A DNA stretch of 64,000 nucleotides from an uncultured Isosphaeraceae bacterium (GTDB lineage: Bacteria; Planctomycetota; Phycisphaerae; Phycisphaerales; SM1A02), in contig CAZXGD010000012.1 in the NCBI GenBank assembly GCA_964640485.1, positions 1,385 through 65,384 on the forward strand, in the 5' to 3' direction. The notes beneath the pieces are model-generated. The model made no database searches and was not told the origin of the DNA. It saw only the letters and a program-made list of their open reading frames with translations. This document shows, in pieces, positions 56,274 to 64,000 of this stretch. The translations under genes and the position numbers were made by a program. Numbering within the stretch: the stretch's first letter is position 1; each line of letters starts with the position of its first letter.

Positions 56274-57913
56274 CGCACATTTGCGTGGCCATCGCGGTGG
56301 ATCACAGTGGCGACGTTGACCAAGCGCTCGCGGCGCTGCGGCGTGCGCACGCCGATGGCGCCACAATGGTGGAGTGGCGGGTGGACGCGTTGGCGCAGGA
56401 GCCAGATGCGTTAGTGGCCATCCGTCGATTGATTCGTGAGAGTTCGCTCCCCTGCATCGTCACTATTCGCGGCGCGCGCGAGGGCGGCGCGTACCACGGT
56501 GACGAGTCGGATCGAGTGAGCCTGCTGGAAGCGCTCGGCACAGGGGACTCCTCGGCTCCCGCTTACTTTGACTTTGAACTTGCTGACTTTGAGCGCAGTG
56601 CCAACGTGCGACAGAAGATTCTGTTGGCCGTGCAGCACGCGGGGCAAGTGCGGCAGGTTGGCGCCCGCCTCATCTTGAGTGCACACGACTTTCAAGAGCG
56701 GCCACCCACGCTGACGCGAATGCTTGGCAGCATGGCGGCCACCGATGCGTGCGCTGTGGCCAAGTTGGTGTGGCGCGCGCGCAGCGTTCGCGACAATCTT
56801 GAAGCCTTTGAGCTGTTGTCCGCGCGCCCCAAGCCAATGATTGCGTTGTGCATGGGGGAGGCCGGAGTCATGAGCAGGATTCTGGCCCCCAAGTTTGGAG
56901 CGTTTCTCACGTTCGCCCGGGCTGGTGGTCCTGGAGATGCAGAAGCAGCGGCAGGCGTGGCTGCCGGCACGGCGGCGGGGCAGCCGACGGTTCGTCAATT
57001 GGTGCAAGAGTATGGCGTGACGCGCGTGGGTGCGGCCACGCGTGTGTACGGAGTGATCGGCTGGCCAGTGGCGCACAGCAAGAGCCCCGCCACGCACAAC
57101 GCCTGGTTTGCGCGCCATGGTGTGGACGGTGTGTACGTACCGATACCCGTGCCACCTGAATATGAACACTTCAAGGCGAGCGTGGGCGCGCTGCTGGACT
57201 ACGTACCGCTGCACTTTTCCGGTGCGAGCGTCACGCTTCCGCACAAGGAGCACCTGGTGCGATTCGTGCGTGAACGGGGCGGCCGTGTTGAACCGCTGGC
57301 CGTTCGCATCGGGGCCGCCAACACGCTCATCGTTGAGCCCGATGGAACGCTCGTGTGCACCAACACCGATGCTGCGGCCGCCGTTGATGCACTGCGTGCG
57401 GCCATGGCCAATCCTCTGGACCTGACGGACATGCGTGTTGCCATTCTGGGCGCGGGCGGCGTGGCGCGCGCCATCGCCGTGGGTTTGGCCGACGCCGGGG
57501 CTAGGGTGGTCGTGTTCAATCGCACTCAAGCGCAGGCTGAACGATTAGCGCAAGAAGTGATGTCTGCAGAACATCCGGACGAGGGTGTGTGCGGACCCAT
57601 GGAAGGAAGAGTGATCGCCGGGCGGCTGGAGCAGATTGCACAGGGCGACTATCACGCCTTCATTAACTGCACTCCTGTGGGCATGAACGGTGGGCCCGCA
57701 CCGCAGGAGAGCCCGCTTCCAGCGTCTGTGCGCTTAACGCCATCGACCCTAGTCATGGACACCGTCTACACGCCGCGCATGACACCGCTGCTTCAGGCGG
57801 CCCAACAATCAGGCGCACGCATTGTTGACGGCTGGGGCATGTTCATGCGGCAGGCCGCAAGGCAGTTTGAACGATGGACGAATGTGCGGCCGGAGATGAA
57901 TGGTGATGCGTAA
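56270..57913 (+). CDS. aroDE: bifunctional 3-dehydroquinate dehydratase (type I) / shikimate 5-dehydrogenase
   Basis: The N-terminal half is a type I DHQase-like barrel (ICVAI...MVEWRVD...IVTIR). The C-terminal half has YGVIGWPVAHSKSPATHN and ILGAGGVARAIAVGL. The GTG at 56270 overlaps the MFS stop (GTGA). Confidence 0.85.
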   Translation: MTHICVAIAVDHSGDVDQALAALRRAHADGATMVEWRVDALAQEPDALVAIRRLIRESSLPCIVTIRGAREGGAYHGDESDRVSLLEALGTGDSSAPAYFDFELADFERSANVRQKILLAVQHAGQVRQVGARLILSAHDFQERPPTLTRMLGSMAATDACAVAKLVWRARSVRDNLEAFELLSARPKPMIALCMGEAGVMSRILAPKFGAFLTFARAGGPGDAEAAAGVAAGTAAGQPTVRQLVQEYGVTRVGAATRVYGVIGWPVAHSKSPATHNAWFARHGVDGVYVPIPVPPEYEHFKASVGALLDYVPLHFSGASVTLPHKEHLVRFVRERGGRVEPLAVRIGAANTLIVEPDGTLVCTNTDAAAAVDALRAAMANPLDLTDMRVAILGAGGVARAIAVGLADAGARVVVFNRTQAQAERLAQEVMSAEHPDEGVCGPMEGRVIAGRLEQIAQGDYHAFINCTPVGMNGGPAPQESPLPASVRLTPSTLVMDTVYTPRMTPLLQAAQQSGARIVDGWGMFMRQAARQFERWTNVRPEMNGDA

Positions 57914-58850
57914 GTTGTGGCCGAGTGCGAGCTTCCCCCACGCCCGTGTTTGCAGGTGCGCATTGCTGGCTTGTGCACTGGTGTTAGACGCGTGCCACGC
58001 TCCCCCCTCGCCCCAATCGGTCGAACCCACCAACCCGCCCGGGCTTCACAACGTGGTTACGTACGTGCCAGGACTCATAAGCGGCGGCGCCCCACAGGGT
58101 GATGACGCGTTCGACACATTGCGTTCATGGGGGGTCGTCACCATCATCTCTGTTGACGGTGCGACTCCGGACGTTGAGCGCGCGGCTGCGCACGGCATTC
58201 GATATGTGCACTTGCCCATGGGGTACAACGGGCTTGACGCAACTCAACGGCTTGAACTTGCGCGCGCGGTGCGCGACTTGCCGGGACCCATCTACATTCA
58301 CTGTCACCACGGCAAACACAGAAGCGCTGGCGCCGCGGCTGCCGCGGCTGTCACGCTGGGCCGCATTCAGACGTCTGGGGCCATCGCGCGCATGCACGTC
58401 AGCGGAACAGCGCCGGAGTACCAAGGGCTTTTTGCCTGTGTGTCGGCAGCCACAGTGGCCACCGCTCAAGAACTGGACAGCGCGCCCAACGAGTTTCCAC
58501 AGGTGCATGTTGCCAGCACTCTGGTGCAGGCGATGGTGCACATCGATGAGCTTGTGGACCAGTTGAAGGAAGTGGAAAAGGCAGGATGGCAGGTTCCCGC
58601 GCAACACGCAGACTTGGTGCCCCCCGCGATCGCAGGCCTGTTGGCAGATCACCTGCGAGTGCTCTGTGAACAAGAATGCGCGGGCACTCGCACCGATCAA
58701 TTCATGGAGTTACTGACGGCCAGCACCGCAGCGGCGCAACATTTAGAAGGCCGAGTGGTTGATGGAAACTCCACCCAGCAGCAGCGGAGCGCCGCGCTCA
58801 AGTCGCTCGTGGCATCCTGCAAGGACTGTCACGTCAAGTATCGAAACTAA
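57900..58850 (+). CDS. periplasmic CX5R phosphatase-like (DSP/DUF442-like) domain fused to a helical domain ending in a CxxCH heme-c motif (cytochrome c'-like)
   Basis: Signal/lipobox LLACALVLDAC. The CX5R motif is HCHHGKHRSAG (Cys at 58301-58303). A helical ~150-aa C-terminal part ends in SCKDCHVKYRN (58818-58832). Confidence 0.65.
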   Translation: MVMRKLWPSASFPHARVCRCALLACALVLDACHAPPSPQSVEPTNPPGLHNVVTYVPGLISGGAPQGDDAFDTLRSWGVVTIISVDGATPDVERAAAHGIRYVHLPMGYNGLDATQRLELARAVRDLPGPIYIHCHHGKHRSAGAAAAAAVTLGRIQTSGAIARMHVSGTAPEYQGLFACVSAATVATAQELDSAPNEFPQVHVASTLVQAMVHIDELVDQLKEVEKAGWQVPAQHADLVPPAIAGLLADHLRVLCEQECAGTRTDQFMELLTASTAAAQHLEGRVVDGNSTQQQRSAALKSLVASCKDCHVKYRN

Positions 58851-59722
58851 CGGTTGGCATCGCCTCGGTCGCGCAGCGCCTTGGGGCTCACCGCGTGGAC
58901 GGCGGACTCTGGTAAGGCGCGGCAGAGCAGCACCATGAACTTGTTGACACCGCCGATGACCGCCACCTGCTGGCCCTTGTCCACCGCGACCCAACTGTCA
59001 TGAACAACCTTGTGCACGGTGGACCAGAGCCACTTGGGCAACTTGTTCATGTGCGCGCGATTACCCATCACATCGTGAAACTCGCTGTGAGTGAATCCTG
59101 GGCATGAGGCGCACACATGCACGCCCGTACCCTCCATCTCCTTTGCAAGCGCCACACTAAAGCCGGTGACGAACTGTTTGGCGGGGCCGTACAGACTGCC
59201 GCGTTGTTCTGGCGTAAAGCTGGCCACGCTGCTGACATTCACCACGCGCCCCCAGCCCCGCTTTCTCATCTCTGGAATCACGCTGTGCGCAAACTCCACG
59301 TAACTGGTCATCATGAGCTGAATGAATCTCTGGTGCTCTTCCCAGGGGGCCTCTGAGAAGGACTCGGTGGGCCCGTATCCCGCGTTGTTCACCAGTATGT
59401 CCACTGCGCCCAACGCCGCGCGGCACTCACGCAGCACATCGGGCACGGCCTCCGGCTCCGAAAGGTCCGCGGAGATTGCGTGGGTTGGCGCACCGTACTT
59501 TGTGCGCAACTCTTCCGCCGCGGCCTGCAAACGATCGAGCCGTCGGGCCACGAGCGCCACGCTGGCGCCGCGTTCTGCCAGAAAGCGAGCGAACTCCGCA
59601 CCTATGCCAGCTGATGCGCCGGTGACCAGCGCAACGCGCCCCTTGAGTTCAGTGGATCGTGTCTGGGCGGCGAGTGGCACGCGCGCTGCCGAAGTGGGTG
59701 AGTCTGCCATGCCGCCTATCAT
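58847..59722 (-). CDS. SDR-family oxidoreductase
   Basis: Contains VALVTGASAGIG (TGxxxGxG), NNAG and the catalytic YGPAK. Confidence 0.88.
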   Translation of the reverse strand: MIGGMADSPTSAARVPLAAQTRSTELKGRVALVTGASAGIGAEFARFLAERGASVALVARRLDRLQAAAEELRTKYGAPTHAISADLSEPEAVPDVLRECRAALGAVDILVNNAGYGPTESFSEAPWEEHQRFIQLMMTSYVEFAHSVIPEMRKRGWGRVVNVSSVASFTPEQRGSLYGPAKQFVTGFSVALAKEMEGTGVHVCASCPGFTHSEFHDVMGNRAHMNKLPKWLWSTVHKVVHDSWVAVDKGQQVAVIGGVNKFMVLLCRALPESAVHAVSPKALRDRGDANR

Positions 59723-59730
59723 CCCACGCG

Positions 59731-61341
59731 ATGCTCAGCTACCGCACCGCAGGTGAATCGCATGGCCCAGGGATTTTTGCGCTGGTGGAGGGGCTGCCCG
59801 CAGGAATCCCGGTGGATCTTGAGTTCATCAATTGGGAACTTCACCGACGTCAGGGGGGGTACGGGCGAGGCGCTCGACAGCGCATTGAAAGCGACACCGT
59901 GCAAGTGCTCAGCGGCGTGCGCTCAGGTGTCACCATGGGTTCACCGCTCCTGTTGCAGGTAGCCAATCGCGACAGCCGCATGGACGATGCCGCTCGCACG
60001 CCCGCAGTCACGCGGCCCCGACCTGGCCACGCCGACTTGGCGGGCAGCCTGAAGTGGCTTACCCCCGACTGCCGCACAACATTAGAACGCGCCAGCGCAC
60101 GAGAGACTGCTGGCCGAGTGGCGGCGGGCGCTATGGCACGCTTGCTCCTGCGAGCCTTTGGCATTGAAGTCTTCGGGTTTGTTCGCGGCGGGCTCAACGT
60201 TGCCACGGATGTGGCCGTCACGCCGGACAACTGGCAACAGTTGCAGGTGGTGCGCGATGAAAGCGAAGTCTATTGCCCTTGCCCCGTTGCGAGCGCCGCG
60301 CTGGTTGAACGAATTCATCAGGCCAAGGTGGATCAGGACACCGTCGGGGGCGTGGTTGAAACGCATGTCTTTGGCGTGCCACCTGGGCTTGGATCGTGCG
60401 TGCAATGGTGTGATCGGCTTGATTCACAGATCGCGGCGGCAGTCATGGGCATTCAAGCGTTCAAAGCGGTAGAGATTGGCCTTGGGCGCGAGTGCGCCAA
60501 TCGCACTGGCAGCGCGGTGCACGACGCGATTGACTATCAGGCCGACCAAACTCACCAGTCCCACCTTGGATTCATGCGCCCCACCAACAACGCGGGTGGC
60601 CTTGAGGGCGGCATGACCAATGGCATGCCCATCGTCGTAAAGGGAACCATGAAACCGATCTCCACGCTCCTGCGCGGAATGCCCAGCGTGGATTTGGTGA
60701 GCCGCCAAGCGCAACAGAGCCAGTACGAGCGGAGCGATATCAGCGCCATCGCCGCGGCCAGCGTCGTGATGGAGAACGTGGTTGCCTTTCACGTGGCAAG
60801 CGCATTTCTCAACAAGTTTGGCGGCGACTCCGTGCACGAGGTGCGCGCACACTTTGACGCAAGCATGGGCCTTGTGCGCGCGCTGCCGCAATCTGCGGAC
60901 GCAGTCCTCGCGGTGCGCGGCAGTCAGACCGTAGAGGCCGCGCTGCAACTGATTGTGAAGGCACTGGGCACGGACACCGGGACAGTGCACTTTGCCGCAA
61001 GTGACGGAGTGTTGCACCTCGCCGCTACGGCCGGCCCGCTGCCCCCGCCGCTCATTGACATGGTGCGCGTGGTGCCCGCTGGTAAGGGCATGGCTGGAGT
61101 GTGCGCAGAGCGCAATCAGCCGATCACGATGTGCAATCTGGTACAGGATGCATCGGGCGTGGTTCGGCCCGGCGCCAAGCTCTCCGGAATGGAGGGCGCC
61201 ATCGTGGTTCCCATTCGCAACGCGCAGGGGCGCTCCATGGGAACATTGGGCGTGGCCAACGCACGCGAACGCACCTTTACAAGCCAGGAAACCGCATTGC
61301 TTCAGGCGTGCGCACAAGAACTGCGCCGCTTTGCCTCGTAA
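59731..61341 (+). CDS. aroC: chorismate synthase with a C-terminal GAF-like domain
   Basis: Starts MLSYRTAGESHGPGI and continues to LNKFGGDSVHEVRAHF, which covers a complete AroC. About 150 extra aa follow with a GAF-like pattern (AGKGMAGVCAERNQPI...AIVVPIRNAQGRSMGTLGVAN...FTSQETALLQ). Confidence 0.85.
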   Translation: MLSYRTAGESHGPGIFALVEGLPAGIPVDLEFINWELHRRQGGYGRGARQRIESDTVQVLSGVRSGVTMGSPLLLQVANRDSRMDDAARTPAVTRPRPGHADLAGSLKWLTPDCRTTLERASARETAGRVAAGAMARLLLRAFGIEVFGFVRGGLNVATDVAVTPDNWQQLQVVRDESEVYCPCPVASAALVERIHQAKVDQDTVGGVVETHVFGVPPGLGSCVQWCDRLDSQIAAAVMGIQAFKAVEIGLGRECANRTGSAVHDAIDYQADQTHQSHLGFMRPTNNAGGLEGGMTNGMPIVVKGTMKPISTLLRGMPSVDLVSRQAQQSQYERSDISAIAAASVVMENVVAFHVASAFLNKFGGDSVHEVRAHFDASMGLVRALPQSADAVLAVRGSQTVEAALQLIVKALGTDTGTVHFAASDGVLHLAATAGPLPPPLIDMVRVVPAGKGMAGVCAERNQPITMCNLVQDASGVVRPGAKLSGMEGAIVVPIRNAQGRSMGTLGVANARERTFTSQETALLQACAQELRRFAS

Positions 61342-61366
61342 TCACGCTCACACCCGGAGACGCCTC

Positions 61367-61984
61367 ATGAAAAAGTCACTCACCGCAGCCGCAATGGGAA
61401 TGCTCGCCGTCGTCACAGGGCTCGGCAGCGGCCAGAGGGCACCAGACGCCCCTGACCAAGGCGCCAAGTGGAAGGGCGTTTCCTTCTACACGTTCAAGAC
61501 CACCTCGCTGGATGACAAGCCCGTTGACTTCTCCACGTATGCCGGCAAGGTGACGCTGGTGGTGAATGTGGCCAGCAAGTGTGGCTACACCCCGCAATAC
61601 AAGGGGCTGGAAGCAGTCTGGAACAAGTACAAAGATCAAGGGCTGGTCATCATCGGCTTCCCTTCCAACGACTTTGGCCTGCAAGAGCCAGGCTCCGCGA
61701 AAGAGATTCAGGAGTTCTGCGCCAAGAACTTCGGAGTCACATTTCCGCTCATGGCCAAGTGCCAGACCAAGGCAGGCAAGGAACAGAGCCCGATCTTTGC
61801 GTATCTCGGAGCGCGGACAGGAATGCTCCCCTCCTGGAACTTCAGCAAGTACCTCATCGGTCGCGATGGCCAGCCCATTGCCTTTTACAAGTCAGGGGTG
61901 ACACCAGAGGGTGAAGAACTCACTGCCGCCATTGAAGCCGCACTCAAAGCGCCAGCGGCCGCACCGAAAGGAACAGGTTCATGA
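61367..61984 (+). CDS. gpx: glutathione peroxidase (Cys-type), exported
   Basis: Signal peptide MKKSLTAAAMGMLAVVTG, followed by NVASKCGYTPQY, GFPSNDFGLQEPG and WNFSKYLI. The ATG at 61367 is preferred over the over-extended track ORF. Confidence 0.9.
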   Translation: MKKSLTAAAMGMLAVVTGLGSGQRAPDAPDQGAKWKGVSFYTFKTTSLDDKPVDFSTYAGKVTLVVNVASKCGYTPQYKGLEAVWNKYKDQGLVIIGFPSNDFGLQEPGSAKEIQEFCAKNFGVTFPLMAKCQTKAGKEQSPIFAYLGARTGMLPSWNFSKYLIGRDGQPIAFYKSGVTPEGEELTAAIEAALKAPAAAPKGTGS

Positions 61985-63738
61985 GCATTTCTGGGTTCGT
62001 GTCCAAGGCGATTGCTGCATGCGGCTGGGTGGCCATCATGTGGGCGGCCACGCCCGCGCACGCGGACCGAATGGACGATGCGCTTGCATTGATTCCCGCA
62101 GACGCATTGAGCGCGGTGGTTGTTCCCAACCCCAAGCAGGCAAGCGATGAACTGCAACAGGGCATTGAACGCATGGGGCGTGCCGAGGCGGCCCTTGGTG
62201 GCCGCCCCATTGACCTGATCCGTGCGCAGCTTGGAATCGGCGCCGGCTTTGATGACAAGGGAATGCTGGTGGCGTGGTCGCAAGCCTCCGCGCAGGGTGT
62301 GACGTGGTTTGGAATGATTCCAGTGACCGACGCCCAAGCGTTCATCCAGAGCACCCTGGTCCGTAAAGAGGTCGCAGCGCCTTCGAACGCCGATGGGCCA
62401 TACTTGTTTGGCGACGGGGGCCCGCAGGTTTTTGCGCGCGCAGTGGGCAAGCATGTGCTGGTGACCACCGACGCGACAGCGCTCGGTGCGTACTCTCCAG
62501 GATCTGGCTTGGGAAGTGTGCTGGCCACTCGACTGAACACTCGAGGTCAGGCGGTGGCGCACTTGGGTGAGGTGCTGCTGTGGGCCAGACCTGAAGCGCT
62601 CAAGCAGGTTTCAGCAGGCATTCCAGAAGGCGACTCGGCCTTCATGCAGCAAATTGCTGACGTGGTCATCACCGCTGATTTTGACGCCATGGGCATCGGG
62701 CTGCGTAGTTACATTCGCTTTCAGCCAGAGAGTGAGTTGGCTAAGGCAGCGCTTCCCTCGGCCGCAGCGTCGGATGCTTCCGCAGGAACGGTCCCCACTG
62801 CCGCACCTTCCATGCTCTTGAATTGCCTTCCAGGTGGTCGCTTCTATCTTGCGTTCGGAATCGACGTGCAGCGCATGGGGGGAGTGGCCAAGCTTCACAG
62901 GGCGTTGCAGGCGCTTCCCATGGGAAACCAACTTCCGCTCCCCGCCTGGTTCGATGCCGTGCAGGAGAAGATTCAAGGTGTGCAAATGGCCATGTACCCC
63001 AGCAAACTTGCGGTACTGACCGGAGGCCTCTTCAACGACTCAGCATTGGTGCTCAAAAGCGAGGATCCAGCGGCATTGAAGGGTGCACTGAAGGACTGGG
63101 TAACGGCGCAACAGGGTGAGCGGGCCGGCATGAAGGTTGAAGCCACGTGGGAGGATTCGCGTGAGTTGAAGGATGGAAGTCTCGCTGCGGCGTTCGCGGT
63201 GAAGGAGTCGGTGGTCAAACCTGCTGACGCCGGAGGCACCGCATACCTCATGGCCAAACAGGTGATGGTGGGCGCGCGAGGATTGCATGGATTTGCCGTT
63301 GAAGTGCCGGGCGCTTTAGTCGTGACGCTCAGCCAACGCACTGACGTGCTGGAGCGTGCGCTGAAGGCTGCCCGGCTGGGTGGCGCACCCGAAGCCGCGT
63401 CAGGAACACTTGCCGCTGCTGGGCTCATTAAGTCTTACGCGCCATGGCTCCTGCCTTCACCGGACGCAGTCGTGTTTGTGGGCGCGGGCGAGTTGATGGG
63501 CGCCGTACAGCAGGTCGCGGCGTCGTTCCCAGGCGGCACGGAGATCGTGTTTCCTGAGTCGGAAGTACCAGTGGAGCCAGTGGGCGGCGCATTTCGAAGT
63601 AGCGATGGTGCGTGGGAGGCCGCGCTCATTGTGCCCAGCACCGTCATGGGTTTGGGCTTTGACGCAGCCATGCAGCAAATGATGCGCCGGGTTCAAGGTT
63701 CAGCGGCTCCCACACGTGAGCCGCCCGTAGAACCATGA
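61981..63738 (+). CDS. hypothetical secreted protein
   Basis: Signal peptide (...WVAIMWAATPAHA) and ATGA overlaps with both neighbours. No recognisable motif. Confidence 0.55.
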   Translation: MSISGFVSKAIAACGWVAIMWAATPAHADRMDDALALIPADALSAVVVPNPKQASDELQQGIERMGRAEAALGGRPIDLIRAQLGIGAGFDDKGMLVAWSQASAQGVTWFGMIPVTDAQAFIQSTLVRKEVAAPSNADGPYLFGDGGPQVFARAVGKHVLVTTDATALGAYSPGSGLGSVLATRLNTRGQAVAHLGEVLLWARPEALKQVSAGIPEGDSAFMQQIADVVITADFDAMGIGLRSYIRFQPESELAKAALPSAAASDASAGTVPTAAPSMLLNCLPGGRFYLAFGIDVQRMGGVAKLHRALQALPMGNQLPLPAWFDAVQEKIQGVQMAMYPSKLAVLTGGLFNDSALVLKSEDPAALKGALKDWVTAQQGERAGMKVEATWEDSRELKDGSLAAAFAVKESVVKPADAGGTAYLMAKQVMVGARGLHGFAVEVPGALVVTLSQRTDVLERALKAARLGGAPEAASGTLAAAGLIKSYAPWLLPSPDAVVFVGAGELMGAVQQVAASFPGGTEIVFPESEVPVEPVGGAFRSSDGAWEAALIVPSTVMGLGFDAAMQQMMRRVQGSAAPTREPPVEP

Positions 63739-64000
63739 GCCGAGCCACCGCCTTGACGACTGGATGGCGCGTTCGCGGAAGTTCATTGCCACTGGGCGGC
63801 GACCCGCTCCTCATGGCCATCGTGAACGCCACGCCAGACAGCTTCAGCGATGGCGGCATGCTTGCGGACACCACAGCGGCTGCGCAGTTTGCTCGCGAGT
63901 GCGCGCTGGCGGGCGCGGCCATCATCGACATCGGCGGTGAAAGCACCCGACCCGGGGCCGAGCATGTGCCCTGCCAAGAGCAAATCCGGCGCACCGTTCC
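63735..64000 (+). CDS. folP: dihydropteroate synthase, 3'-truncated by the window edge
   Basis: Contains IVNATPDSFSDGG and IIDIGGESTRPG. The ORF runs off the end of the window. Confidence 0.88.
   Translation, partial: MSRATALTTGWRVRGSSLPLGGDPLLMAIVNATPDSFSDGGMLADTTAAAQFARECALAGAAIIDIGGESTRPGAEHVPCQEQIRRTV

Overview
This is a high-GC, very gene-dense chromosomal segment with about 60 CDS, many joined by 4-nt ATGA/GTGA start-stop overlaps. The gene content suggests a Planctomycetota (Phycisphaerae-like) genome, though this is inference only. The supporting genes are a prepilin-type/DUF1559-like protein, a PEP-CTERM protein, FG-GAP proteins with dockerin-like C-terminal tags, three ECF sigma factors, an archaeal-type ProRS and an AroD-AroE fusion.

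The window is dominated by housekeeping genes: coaE, rho, tRNA-Thr/tuf/rpmG/tRNA-Trp/secE/nusG, proS, metG, metF, rex, argS, ribBA, thiC behind a TPP riboswitch, pepP, an OMF-MFP-RND efflux operon, phhA, aroDE, aroC, gpx and folP (3'-truncated by the window edge). I found no rRNA, CRISPR array, transposase, integrase, prophage or recognisable defence genes, and no clear multi-gene novel system.

The most noteworthy items are single-gene architectural oddities and two small modules:
- a chorismate synthase with a C-terminal GAF-like domain
- a periplasmic CX5R phosphatase-like domain fused to a cytochrome c'-type module with a C-terminal CxxCH
- a sulfur module with tandem MBL-rhodanese paralogs (one degenerate), TauE and a YgaP-like rhodanese
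- an ECF sigma factor with an anti-sigma-like C-terminal extension
- a RibBA whose GTP cyclohydrolase II half lacks the zinc cysteines
- a tandem-trypsin protease whose second domain lacks the catalytic serine
- an EF-Tu with a divergent switch-I segment

All functional calls come from by-eye motif recognition. No database search was possible.
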